From an uncultured Verrucomicrobiae bacterium (GTDB lineage Bacteria; Verrucomicrobiota; Verrucomicrobiia; Limisphaerales; JAFGQR01): a stretch of 64,000 nt of DNA. The notes below the pieces were generated by a model. The model worked only from the letters and a program-made list of their open reading frames with translations. It had not been told where the DNA came from and made no database searches. Shown piece after piece: positions 30,277 to 40,750 of this stretch (positions are counted from its first letter, which is position 1; every line of letters starts with the position of its first letter). Position numbers and translations under genes: made by a program. Where the stretch lies: assembly GCA_963788655.1 (NCBI GenBank), contig CAWBHS010000006.1, forward strand, positions 1 through 64,000, read 5' to 3'.

Positions 30277-32499
30277 TCAGCGCAACAGCGTGCGACGCAA
30301 CCAGCCCAACCAGCCGTCGGAATCCACCATCAGGATGCGGAACAGGTTGCTTTCTTCATCCGTCCAGAGCGTAATCTTTGGCGAATAATCCTCCGGTTCG
30401 CTGGCGGCATCGGCAATGCCGGGCCGCTTTAAGAACGCCTCGTTGGTGGTGAGCAGCACCCAGTCGGACGCATACGCCTGTACGCTGTCCGCTTCATCGT
30501 CGTACCATTCCCGCTCGTCGTCGTGGATGATCGCGGTGTGAAATCCCAATCGCGCGGCGGCGCGCATGACAACCGGCTCGAGGTCCAGGTAATGATTGGA
30601 AATGTGTACGGCCAGAACGCCATCGGGTTGCAAATGGTGGCGGTAAATCTCAAAGGCCTCCCGCGTCAGCAAGTGGACCGGAATCGCGTCGCTGCTGAAA
30701 GCATCGAGCGCCAGGATGTCAAAGTGCTGGTCCGGCTCGCGCTCCATCGACAGGCGCGCATCGCCCAGGGCGACTTCGACCTGCGCCGCCGAATCAGCCA
30801 GGTACGTGAACCGGGTCCGCGCCAGACGCCGCACCTCGGCGTTGATTTCGTAAAAGCGCATCGTGTCTCCGGCTTTGCCCCAAGCCGCCATGGTGCCGGT
30901 GCCCAAGCCCACCACCCCGATGCGCCGGTTGGTGTGCCGGGGAAAATTTTCCATGGTTCGGCCAATGCCACTGGTTGACGTGTAATAGCTTGAGGGCAAC
31001 CGGCGTTTGTCAGGCGCGCCGTATTGCAGTCCGTGCGTCGTGGTGCCGTGCAGCAGCCGGATTTCATGCGCTTCCGGATAATCGCGGCTGTACTCCTCGA
31101 CTTTCAATACGCCATAGAAGCTGCGCGATACTTCGACCGCATATTGCACGGTGTAGGCCGCTTCATGGTAAAGACCGGCCCCCAGTCCAACCAACCCGAG
31201 CAAGATGACCGCCCAAGCCCACTTGCGCCGGCCGCGGTGCAACGGTCCCTTGGGATCAACGAACAGCACCGCCGCCACCAGCAGACCGAGCACGAACATT
31301 CCCATCTGGAGCTCGAAGTAGCCTTTGAAAATAAATGGCGCCACGCCGGCCACAAACAAACCGCCGAACGCGCCACCCGCAGCAATCATCAAATAATAAC
31401 CGGTCAGCTTCTCAGCCGCGGGCCGCAGCCGATAGACTTCGCCATGACACACCAGGCAGCCCACAAACAGCGTCGCCAGATAGATGCCAATGATTTTGAA
31501 CTGGGACAGTTCATCCCCCCGATGGAGCAACCAGCGCAACGGTCCCATGCCCCAACGATCGGGCAGGATGAGGCTGTCACCCAGCATTACCCAGAGCACG
31601 GCGCTGAGCGCCAGGACCAGCGTGGGCAACCAAAATCCCCGATGGTACCAACGCGGGCTGTCGAAGCTCACAATGAACGACAGCAAATAAAGGCTCAGCG
31701 GCAGCACCCACAAAAACGGGATAACGGCGATGTCCTGGCAAATCTTGTTGGTCACCGCCAATAGCAACACCGAGGCGCAGGCCGGCAGGGCGAACCAGAG
31801 CCAGATGGGTTGAGGGTTGAGGAGTTGAAGGTTGAGGGTTGGAAGTTTGAGCCTCCTCACGTCGGCTGCTACTGGAGTCAGGTGACTCTGCGCTGCCAAT
31901 CCCGCAGGTGATTGGACAGCGCGACGCCACACGGTTACGCCACACCAACCCGCCAGCAGAGCAAACACACCGAGGCCCAGCGACCACCAAACCGCTTGCG
32001 CGTGACGCGAAAAGTTCGGTTCGACGAGGAAGGGATAGCCGACCAACGCGAGCAAGGAACCCACGTTCGACAACGCATACAGCCGGTACGGGGACCGGCC
32101 CGGGTGCGTCTGGCTGAACCAGGCCTGCATCAATGGTCCCGTGGCCGACAGCACCCAATACGGCAAGCCGATGCAGACAACCAGCAGCAACAGAATACGT
32201 CCCATGGGCCAGGCGCCGTCCGGGGGCTTCCACGAATCGGTGGGCGTGATCGGTAGCAACGCCAACGCGACGACCAGCAGGCCCAAGTGGACCAGCACTT
32301 GCCGGCGCGGGGCGAACCGCCGGATGCTCAAATGCGCGTAGGCATACCCACCCAGCAGCAGCACTTGGAAAAACAACATGCACGTCGTCCACACGGCCGG
32401 CGTGCCGCCGAACCAAGGCAGGATGAATTTGGCAATTAACGGTTGCACCAGGAAGAGCAGAAATGCTCCGGTGAAAATGGCCAGTCCAAATGCAAGCAT
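30277..32499 (-). CDS. Fused MFS-like membrane domain / spermidine-synthase-like SAM-binding domain
   Basis: Many TM segments, PYRLYALSNVGS, HGTTTHGLQ, GLGTGT, LGDARL, DAFSSDAIPVHLLT. Confidence 0.9.
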   Translation of the reverse strand: MLAFGLAIFTGAFLLFLVQPLIAKFILPWFGGTPAVWTTCMLFFQVLLLGGYAYAHLSIRRFAPRRQVLVHLGLLVVALALLPITPTDSWKPPDGAWPMGRILLLLVVCIGLPYWVLSATGPLMQAWFSQTHPGRSPYRLYALSNVGSLLALVGYPFLVEPNFSRHAQAVWWSLGLGVFALLAGWCGVTVWRRAVQSPAGLAAQSHLTPVAADVRRLKLPTLNLQLLNPQPIWLWFALPACASVLLLAVTNKICQDIAVIPFLWVLPLSLYLLSFIVSFDSPRWYHRGFWLPTLVLALSAVLWVMLGDSLILPDRWGMGPLRWLLHRGDELSQFKIIGIYLATLFVGCLVCHGEVYRLRPAAEKLTGYYLMIAAGGAFGGLFVAGVAPFIFKGYFELQMGMFVLGLLVAAVLFVDPKGPLHRGRRKWAWAVILLGLVGLGAGLYHEAAYTVQYAVEVSRSFYGVLKVEEYSRDYPEAHEIRLLHGTTTHGLQYGAPDKRRLPSSYYTSTSGIGRTMENFPRHTNRRIGVVGLGTGTMAAWGKAGDTMRFYEINAEVRRLARTRFTYLADSAAQVEVALGDARLSMEREPDQHFDILALDAFSSDAIPVHLLTREAFEIYRHHLQPDGVLAVHISNHYLDLEPVVMRAAARLGFHTAIIHDDEREWYDDEADSVQAYASDWVLLTTNEAFLKRPGIADAASEPEDYSPKITLWTDEESNLFRILMVDSDGWLGWLRRTLLR

Positions 32500-32523
32500 A
32501 GTGGTTTATTTAGGCCGGGACGC

Positions 32524-32552
32524 TAGGTCCGCCCCGGCAAATTGGCAAGCCC
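32524..32552 (-). promoter_or_regulatory. Possible sigma70 promoter for the 32499 gene (coordinates approximate)
   Basis: Minus strand TTGCCA-N17-TAGCGT. Confidence 0.4.
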
Positions 32553-32740
32553 GCGAAATGGACGCAGATCGGAGCGCTCAAGCGTGGTTTCCACCTCCTG
32601 AAAAAAGTTGGAACTTCCTTGTAACTTTCCCGCTAATCCCGGCTCAAATCTCATTAACTTAAAGTTTAGCCCTGCTGAAACTGAGAAAGGTCTGGCAAAT
32701 GCCTTAAATCAGTTCCGTTAACCGTGAAACCTTAAATTGT

Positions 32741-35155
32741 ATGAAGCGAACTCTTTCCTTGACGCAATTCACCCGCCTGGTTGTTACCCTGGGTTTGGCT
32801 CTCCCCTTCGGCGCTATGGCCGCCAGTTATAGCCTAATGGGCTGGAACGACTTGGGCATGCACTGCATGGATAGTGATTACTCAGTGTTTTCGATCCTGC
32901 CGCCGTATAACACTATCCACGGGCAGTTCCTGGTCCAGGGGCATCCGGTGACGCCGGCTTCAGGCTACACGATCACTTACGAGGCGGTCGCCGATCCGAG
33001 CGGGTCGTCCAACTCCACTTCGGAAGGCAAAACTCAGTTCTGGCAATACATCGAGCCACTCTATGGTGTCGCCTTGCCGGTGAACATGGGCCTGGCCGGT
33101 TATGCCATGCCCGGCAGCAGCAATGCGCCTCAGACAATGCATTTCGAAACCAATCTGAATTGGTTCACCGCCGAAGGCATTCCTTTGACGCCCTTCGACG
33201 ATGCCGGTCAAAAGAACTACTACCCGTTGATGCGGCTGATCGCCTGGGACGCTGGTAACAATCCGGTAGCCACCAATGACATCGTGCTGCCCATCTCGGA
33301 CGAAATGGATTGTCGGGCCTGTCATGCCTCTGGAACTGCTTCGCCGGCCGAACCGGCAGCGGGCTGGGTTTGGGCGGGCAATCCGGAACGCGACTACCGG
33401 CTGAACATTCTCCGATTGCACGATGAAATGCAGGCCTCCGCCAGTTACTCGAGCGTCCTGGCCAGCAATGATTACAATCCGGCCGGGTTGTATCGCAGCG
33501 TGACGGTGGACGGCAAACCCGTGCTGTGTGCCAAATGCCATCGGTCCAATGCCCTTCCCGGCACCGGATTTGGAACCATCCCTCCCTTGACGCAGGCCAT
33601 TCATTCGCGGCACGCCACCGTCACCGATCCGGAAACCGGGTTGGAATTGAATAACATTGCCAATCGCGCCTCCTGCTATCGGTGCCATCCCGGCTCGGAA
33701 ACCCGCTGTTTGCGGGGGGTGATGGGCGATTACGTGGCGGCGAATGGTTCGCGTGCGATCCAGTGCCAAAGTTGCCATGGTTCGATGAGCGCGGTGGGGG
33801 CGGCCACTCGGGAAGGCTGGTTCAACGAGCCCAATTGCCAGGCCTGCCATACCGGCACCGCCACCAGCAACAACGGCCAGATTCGTTACGACAACGCGCT
33901 GCTCCCCTCCGGGCAGTTGCGCCAGCCGGTCAACGCGACCTTTGCCACCCAACCGAATGTGCCCGTGGCCGGACTTACGCTGTATCGCTTCTCGACCGGC
34001 CATGGCGGGCTGCAATGCGAAGCGTGCCACGGTTCCACCCATGCCGAGTATCCCTCGCACGCGAATGACAACATCCGGATCGTGGAAAGCCAGGGGCATG
34101 CGGGCGTGCTGTCCGAATGCACGGCCTGCCACACCACCATGCCCGTGACCGTGAACGGCGGGCCGCACGGAATGCATCCGGTCGGGCAAACGTGGGTTAG
34201 CCGTCATGGCAACGTCGCCGAGGACGGCAATTCCGGCCAATGCCAGGTCTGCCATGGGACCGATTACCGCGGCACGGTGCTTTCGAAGATGCAAGCCGAC
34301 CGCACTTTAAGCGCTTTCGGCACCAAACATTTCTGGCGCGGTTTTCAAGTCGGCTGTTACGCCTGCCACAACGGACCGGGCAGCGAATCCGCCACTCCCA
34401 ACACCCCCGCCCTGGTCAACAATGTGTCGGCCAGTACCACGAGCGAAAATCCCGTGGCCATCACGCTCCCGGCGAGCGACGTTAATGGCAATCCATTGAC
34501 CCTCCGAATCGTGTCGCAACCGCAGCACGGCGCGCTGGCGTTGAACGACACCACGGCGACCTACGTTTCCGATCCAGGCTTTGTGGGAACGGACACGTTT
34601 ACGTTTGCCGCGTGGGATGGCTCCACGGATTCCAACCTGGGCACCGGCACGGTGACCGTGGCGCAAGGCGCCTTCTCGATTTCGGCGAAGACACTGGTGC
34701 CTCCGGAGTTCCCCGCGGATTGGCCGGTGCCGTTTGTTGCTTATGCAACCGCCAGCAACGTCAACGCCACCGTGACCTACGATTGGGACTTCGGCGATGG
34801 CACCACGCATGGCACCGACCAATTCAGTCAGCACACGTACTCCTCACCGGTAACTTACTCCTGGACGCTGATTGCCACCGTGCAGGCCGGCGCCACCCAG
34901 GCAAGCACCACCGAAACCGGCACAGTCCAAATTTCTCAGCCGATGACACTGGCCGCCTTGCATTCTGGCAACCAGGTGTTGGTGTCCTGGCCCCGCAGCA
35001 GCGTGGACGCAATCTTGGAAGCTAATTCAGCCTTGGCACCCACCAGCCCGTGGTATTGGCTGACCAACACTCCAACCGCAAACCCGGACCACCTGACGCT
35101 GACCATTGATAATCCGAGCGGCGCCAGCTTCTACCGCCTGCGTCGGGCCCAGTAG
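32741..35155 (+). CDS. Secreted nonaheme c-type cytochrome with Ig-like and PKD domains
   Basis: Signal peptide; WNDLGMHC domain; 9 CxxCH motifs; SQPQHG..GTDTFTF Ig-like; WDFGDG PKD; FYRL tail. Confidence 0.9.
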   Translation: MKRTLSLTQFTRLVVTLGLALPFGAMAASYSLMGWNDLGMHCMDSDYSVFSILPPYNTIHGQFLVQGHPVTPASGYTITYEAVADPSGSSNSTSEGKTQFWQYIEPLYGVALPVNMGLAGYAMPGSSNAPQTMHFETNLNWFTAEGIPLTPFDDAGQKNYYPLMRLIAWDAGNNPVATNDIVLPISDEMDCRACHASGTASPAEPAAGWVWAGNPERDYRLNILRLHDEMQASASYSSVLASNDYNPAGLYRSVTVDGKPVLCAKCHRSNALPGTGFGTIPPLTQAIHSRHATVTDPETGLELNNIANRASCYRCHPGSETRCLRGVMGDYVAANGSRAIQCQSCHGSMSAVGAATREGWFNEPNCQACHTGTATSNNGQIRYDNALLPSGQLRQPVNATFATQPNVPVAGLTLYRFSTGHGGLQCEACHGSTHAEYPSHANDNIRIVESQGHAGVLSECTACHTTMPVTVNGGPHGMHPVGQTWVSRHGNVAEDGNSGQCQVCHGTDYRGTVLSKMQADRTLSAFGTKHFWRGFQVGCYACHNGPGSESATPNTPALVNNVSASTTSENPVAITLPASDVNGNPLTLRIVSQPQHGALALNDTTATYVSDPGFVGTDTFTFAAWDGSTDSNLGTGTVTVAQGAFSISAKTLVPPEFPADWPVPFVAYATASNVNATVTYDWDFGDGTTHGTDQFSQHTYSSPVTYSWTLIATVQAGATQASTTETGTVQISQPMTLAALHSGNQVLVSWPRSSVDAILEANSALAPTSPWYWLTNTPTANPDHLTLTIDNPSGASFYRLRRAQ

Positions 35156-35157
35156 CA

Positions 35158-35550
35158 CAATGACCAATAGCCAATGACCAAGGCCCATTGAAGGCCCAAG
35201 TCCTAAGCCAGAACGATTCAGTAGGACAGGCGAGACGCCTGTCCCGAATGGAACGAAGACATCGACTTGCATCGCCGGGCTGGGACTCTCCCAGGTCACC
35301 CATAAGTGAGAACGCCCTTCGCTATCCGAGACAGGCGAGACGCCTGTCCTACCGCGCCGAATCGCATCATCGCTGCTCCAGCTACTGAATGGATACGGCT
35401 TAGCTCCGACGGGGGAGCCAACAACCATTCGCCGGATTAATTGGGTATTGGGCCTTGGTCATTCCCTGGACATTGGTCAGTGGTCAATGGTCATTGGACC
35501 TCGCCCTTCGTGTCATGCCTTTGCCCAAAACGCCTGAAGGCGGAACTCCG
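35158..35550. repeat. Nested repeats: heptamer (CAATGAC/GTCATTG) arms around a GTAGGACAGGC REP pair
   Basis: caatgaccaatagccaatgacc ... ttggtcatt arms; gtaggacaggcgagacgcctgtccc at 35221, inverse copy at 35328. Confidence 0.8.
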
Positions 35551-35679
35551 AGCAATACGCTCCGGTTCGGAGGGACGCCTCTGGTTTCCCTCAAATTTTG
35601 TTTGAATATTCGGGGCTGCTTTGAATCATACCATTCATGAATCAACAAAGATTTTTCGCGGTCGGCGAAATGTTGTGAG

Positions 35680-36441
35680 ATGGATGTCGGGCGCTTTCGG
35701 TTTGGCATGGGTGCCCTGTTGACTTTGTTCCCAGTAGCAGCCGAGGCGAGCGCCGCGCCGAAAACGCTCACCGGGGACCACATTCCCACCAGCGACGGCG
35801 ATTTGATTGTCCACCCCATCAACCATGCCACGCTGGCATTGGGCTGGAAGGGATTGACCATCTACGTGGATCCCGTAGGGGGCAGTCAGCGGTTTGCGGA
35901 ATTGCCGGCACCAGACCTCGTCTTATTGACCGATTTGCACGGCGATCATTTGAACATTGACACGCTGAAAGCGGTGACCGGCGAAAACACGGCGATCATT
36001 GCGCCTTCCGCCACCGTCAAGCGCCTGCCGGAAACGCTGCGTCTTTGGGCCAAGCCGTTGGACAACGGAGAAACCAAAGACCTGTTGGGGCTCAAGATCG
36101 AAGTGATTGCCGCCTACAACCTCACCGAGGAGCGCACCAAGTATCACTCGAAAGGCCGGGGCAACGGGTACGTGATCAACTTTGGCAACACGCGCGTTTA
36201 TCTCAGTGGCGACACCGAAGACACGCCGGAAATGCGCGCACTCAAAAACATTGACGTGGCTTTTTTGTGCATGAACCTGCCGTACACCATGTCGGTCGAA
36301 CAGGCGGCCGACGCCGTCCACGCCTTCAAACCGAAAATCGTCTATCCGTACCATTACCGCGGCAGTGACCTCGAGCAGTTCAAGAAACTGGTCGGTGACG
36401 ATTCCGGCATCGAGGTCCGGATTCGGGATTGGTATCAATAG
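35680..36441 (+). CDS. MBL-fold metallo-hydrolase
   Basis: YVDP, TDLHGDH, YLSGDT, YPYHY. Confidence 0.88.
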   Translation: MDVGRFRFGMGALLTLFPVAAEASAAPKTLTGDHIPTSDGDLIVHPINHATLALGWKGLTIYVDPVGGSQRFAELPAPDLVLLTDLHGDHLNIDTLKAVTGENTAIIAPSATVKRLPETLRLWAKPLDNGETKDLLGLKIEVIAAYNLTEERTKYHSKGRGNGYVINFGNTRVYLSGDTEDTPEMRALKNIDVAFLCMNLPYTMSVEQAADAVHAFKPKIVYPYHYRGSDLEQFKKLVGDDSGIEVRIRDWYQ

Positions 36442-36631
36442 CGACGAGTTGGCGGGAACATTACCCCCCCGATTAAAACGCCGACCGGCGGTAGCCGACG
36501 ACGTGAAGAGGCAGAGCGCGGTCAGGGAACATCGGGTCCGGTTCGTTGCGTCGGCGGCGACTTGAGATGGGGATTATCGGGGAGTCAGCGATCCAACCGC
36601 AACGCCCAATCCTGGTTGTCCGGCGCTCAGT

Positions 36632-36941
36632 TCACCACCAAAGCCATACCCGGGCGAAGTTCAGGCCGTTGGTTTTGAGCGCGTCAAACTGCGCGGTGTA
36701 ATTGAAGTCCAAATCGGAGAAGGTGCCCCAAGTATAGTCGCCCAGCAGCAGGAGCGGGCCACCATCCGGCGCTTGAAAATAGAAGGGGTGGTCAGGATGA
36801 ATGCGCAATGCCCGCGACGGATCTCGCGCTGGCGATGGAGCGGACGCTTCTGCCAGTGGCAGGCTTCGCGATGGGAACGGAGGCCAAAATTGTCTCCGCG
36901 CAAACGACCTGAATCAGCAACCAGCGCGCGGCAGATTTCAT
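36632..36941 (-). pseudogene. N-terminal fragment of a secreted TIM-barrel glycoside hydrolase
   Basis: Manual translation: leader MKSAARWLLIQ, frameshift, IHPDHPFYFQAPDGGPLLLLGDYTWG...GLNFARVWLWW*. Confidence 0.55.
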
Positions 36942-37068
36942 GCCTGAAACATGAACTCAATTCCGGCAAAAGTCGAGACTTCTTCCGCACTAATCTTCTC
37001 CTCGGCGGTCGTCGATGGCGCGCCTGACCTCCGTGGAGCGGGGCGGCCGGTGGCAATCTCCCTTTTGT

Positions 37069-37140
37069 CGGAGCGCGGACATTCTTGTCCGCATTCGATT
37101 GATGTCGGGCGGATGAGCGGACAAGAATGTCCGCGCTCCG
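37069..37140. repeat. GGAGCGCGGACATTCTTGTCCGC inverted pair
   Basis: Perfect ~24-bp inverted repeat. Confidence 0.85.
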
Positions 37141-37301
37141 ATTTGATTCCCGATACAAAAAAGGAATGGGAAGCACCCGCCGGCCTTCTTCCACTTCCCC
37201 GATTGCCATCAGCCAATTCAGTCCCCATTATCTCCCAAGCAACATTAGATCAATAACCCGATGAATAGCCCAATTGCTATGCGAACCGATTCCCAGTTCT
37301 G

Positions 37302-39229
37302 ATGAAAACGTTTCTTGTCTGTCTGCTGCTGTCCATTGGCGGGTTGCCTGCCGCTGAAAGGCTCCAACTCGCGTCCCCCGATGGAAAAGTGAGCGTCACG
37401 TTCGCCATCACCAAATTCGAAGGCCAATCCGGTTGTCCGGTCTATTCCGTGAGTTACGCCGGCAAGACGATTGTTAGCGAATCGCGCCTGGGTCTGGAAC
37501 TCGAGCCGGCTCCCTTGCGCGCCGGATTGGAGATGGTCGGGCATTCGACCCAGCAACACGATGAAACGTGGAAGCCGGTGTATGGCGAACGCAACACGGT
37601 GCGCGACCATTACCGCCAACTCATCGTGGACCTCAAGGAATCCGTCGCGCCGCATCGAACGCTGCAATTGACGTTTCGGGCCTACAACGAAGGCGCGGCC
37701 TTCAACTACACCTTGCCGCAGCAGGCGGGCCAGGAACGCGTCCACATCCGCAAAGAACTGACCGAGTTCCGGTTTCCCGACGACCATGCCGCGTGGGCGG
37801 TTTACAGCGCGCAGGGTAAGTATGCCAAAGTGCAACTCAGCCAGATCAAACGCGGTTGTGAACGGCCTTTAACAATCCAGGTGGACGACCATTGTTTTGC
37901 CGCGTTGGCCGAGGCGCGGCTGGTGGATTATGCGCGGATGAAATTCGCGCCGCTGGCCGGCCAGACCCAATGTCTGGTCAGCGAACTGAGCGGCCCGGTG
38001 GAAGCCGCCTTGCCATTGACCACACCCTGGCGCGTGGTGATGGTGGCGGACAGTCCGGGTCAGTTACTCGAAAACAATGACCTGATTCTGAATCTCAACG
38101 ATCCCTGCGCGATTGCCGACCCTGCGTGGATTAAACCGGGGAAAGTCATTCGCGAAGTTACCCTGACCACGGCGGGCGGCAAGTCGTGTGTGGATTTCGC
38201 CGCACAACACCATCTTCAATATGTCGAGTATGACGCCGGATGGTACGGTCCGGAAAACGCCAACGACTCCGACGCCACCACCGTGACGGTCGATCCTCAT
38301 CGTTCCCGGGGCCCGCTGGATTTGCCGGCGGTCATTCGTTACGCCGCGGACCGGGGCATCGGCATCATTTTGTATGTGAACCATCGCGCGCTGGAACGTC
38401 AGTTGGACGAGATCCTGCCCTTGTATCAGCAGTGGGGTGTGAAGGGGCTCAAATACGGTTTTGTCAACGTCGGTTCGCAGCAATGGACGAGCTGGTTGCA
38501 CGAGGCGATCCGCAAAGCCGCGGAATACCATTTAATGGTGGATGTCCATGACGAATATCGGCCCACCGGCTATTCGCGCACTTATCCCAACTTCATGACC
38601 CAGGAAGGCATTGCCGGCGACGAAACCAGTCCCGCCAATTCATTGACCTGACGATCCTCTTTACCCGCATGCTGGCGGGCGCGGCCGACAATACCATTTG
38701 CTACTACGATGGCCGCGTCGATCGCAACGCCAGCCATGCCTATCAGTTGGCCAAAGCTGTGTGCTTCTACAGTCCCTGGCAGTTCCTTTACTGGTACGAT
38801 CGTCCAGCGGCTTCCCCTCAAAAAGCCGGCGGCGCCGGCGGCGCGCAAACGGGCATCGGTAACGAACCGGAACTGGAATTCTTCGACCGCGTGCCCACCG
38901 TTTGGGACGACACGAAAGTCCTGCACGGCCGGATTGGCGAATATGCCTTGATCGCCCGGCGCAGTGGACCGGAGTGGTTTATTGGCGGCATGAACAGCGG
39001 CCAACCGCGCACGCTGAAGGCGCCGCTTGGTTTTCTTGAACCAGGGAAAAAGTATGTAGCGCATCTCTATACGGATGATCCCTCCGTGCCCACGCGGACC
39101 CACGTAAAAATCGAACGTTATCGGGTGGACGCGAATACAGTGCTAAATCTTGCCATGTCCGCCCAAGGCGGCGAAGCCGCTTGGTTGGTTCCGGCGACGG
39201 AGAGCGACGCATTTCCCGAATACCGGTGA
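37302..39229 (+). CDS. Glycoside hydrolase family 97 (frameshift near 38648)
   Basis: FRAYNEG, TPWRVVMV, WIKPGK, PTGYSRTYPN, then FTRMLAG and WDDT...IARR in the next frame. Confidence 0.9.
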
Positions 39230-39282
39230 ACATGAACCGCGGATGCAGTTTTGTCGTCCCGCTCCGGCATCGCCTCATTTGA

Positions 39283-40521
39283 ATGCGTTCCCACCACCAG
39301 CCCAGCGAGCCCAGAGCTTTCGGTGCCAAGCTCAAATCCTGGATGTGGCAATTGCTGGCCAGGCTCCTGGAAAACAGCGCGTCGGGTGATCGCTTACGTG
39401 GTTGGATATGCCTGGCGGTAGTGGGGATCATTCTGGTGGCGGGGCTGTTGCCGTTACGGTTCACCGCTCAAAACAACGTCAGTTGGCTGGCCAACACCAA
39501 TGGACTCCATTTTCCAGGAGGCGAAGCGCGTTCACCATTTGATCCCGGCGGTGTTGCCCTGACACCGCAACCCTTGTCGCTGTCACCGGGCGCGACGGTA
39601 GCAACCGGCGCGCTCAGCATCGAATTGTGGCTGCGTCCGGCCAAAGAGCCAACCGGTGCCCGCCAACGAGTTCTCGCCGTTTGCGATGCGTCTGGCGACG
39701 AACTCTTTTTCATCGGACAATGGACCACTCAACTGCTGGGATTGATCCGGCGACCCGGCGCTTCCGGCAAGGCTGCGTTTCAGGAAATCGATGTGCCGGA
39801 CTCGCTGAGTGAGGGACAGGCGCGTTTCGCAACCATCACGTCTGGCACCAACGGTACGGCCTTTTACCTCGAAGGAGCCTTGGCCAAACAATACCCGAAT
39901 GTGCCTCTGCTTCCCGCAACCGAATCCCTCTTCGGAAAACGCCTTTACCTGGGCAATTCGCCGGACGGACTGTGGCCCTGGGCCGGTGACATTCTGGGGC
40001 TGGCAGTTTACGGGCGAGCGCTGCCAGCATCGGAAGTGTTGGCGAGCTATGAATGGTGGGCCAGCTCAAACCGAATAGCTCGTCCGACGACGCCCGGGCT
40101 TATGGCGCTCTACAATTTTGAATCGCGCGCCGGTTCGTGGGTGCCGGAGGTCGCAAGTGGGGCGTCCAATTCGCTGTTCATCCCCGACCACTTTGCCTTC
40201 ACCAAACCAGCGCTTGAACCAGTGGATTTCTCGATGCACGACCGCGGTGATTTGCTGTTGAACGTGTTCGGGTTTGTTCCGTTCGGATTCATGTTCGCCC
40301 TCTGGCAATGGCGCGTCCGACGTAGCTCCCGCTGGAACCTGGTGGTGTTCGCCGTCGTGGTGGGCGGATTGCTGAGCTTGGGAATCGAATGGGTTCAAGT
40401 TTACCTGCCCATGCGGGATTCCTCGCTGACCGATTTGCTCTGCAATACCTTGGGCACGCTGTTGGGGGCGTTGATCATTTACTGGCCTGGAATTCGCGAA
40501 CCGAGAGCACCCAAAAACTAA
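39283..40521 (+). CDS. VanZ family membrane protein with LamG-like domain
   Basis: SIELWLRP and LAVYGRAL (LamG); NVFGFVPFG, IEWVQ, DLLCNTLG (VanZ). Confidence 0.8.
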   Translation: MRSHHQPSEPRAFGAKLKSWMWQLLARLLENSASGDRLRGWICLAVVGIILVAGLLPLRFTAQNNVSWLANTNGLHFPGGEARSPFDPGGVALTPQPLSLSPGATVATGALSIELWLRPAKEPTGARQRVLAVCDASGDELFFIGQWTTQLLGLIRRPGASGKAAFQEIDVPDSLSEGQARFATITSGTNGTAFYLEGALAKQYPNVPLLPATESLFGKRLYLGNSPDGLWPWAGDILGLAVYGRALPASEVLASYEWWASSNRIARPTTPGLMALYNFESRAGSWVPEVASGASNSLFIPDHFAFTKPALEPVDFSMHDRGDLLLNVFGFVPFGFMFALWQWRVRRSSRWNLVVFAVVVGGLLSLGIEWVQVYLPMRDSSLTDLLCNTLGTLLGALIIYWPGIREPRAPKN

Positions 40522-40629
40522 CCAGCCGAGATAAGAATCAGGTTCCGGAGCAGACTGGTTGCGCCAAATCTGTACACCTGCCAGTTGGACTCCCCAGTTT
40601 GCCGGAGGCCGGCACTGCCGCGGCAGCGT

Positions 40630-40745
40630 CGTGGACTGCGGCAGTCCTCTGCCGCTTTCGAATACCCCGGTTGCCGATGGCGAACGCGCTCCCCATGTTC
40701 AACTGAATTCTCCCATTGAATCCCGCCATCCGAAGCGGTAAAAGA
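40630..40745. repeat. GACTGCGGCAGTCCTCTGCCGCTTT palindrome with degenerate partner
   Basis: Hairpin gcggcag..ctgccgc and downstream aagcggtaaaagaatgcc. Confidence 0.55.
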
Positions 40746-40750
40746 ATGCC

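Noticed and set aside
32550..32600. Cyclic dinucleotide (GEMM) riboswitch-like GGCAA..GAAA..GACGCA upstream of the cytochrome
   Set aside because: Stem too short and no second hairpin; the sequence is explained by the divergent gene's promoter region.
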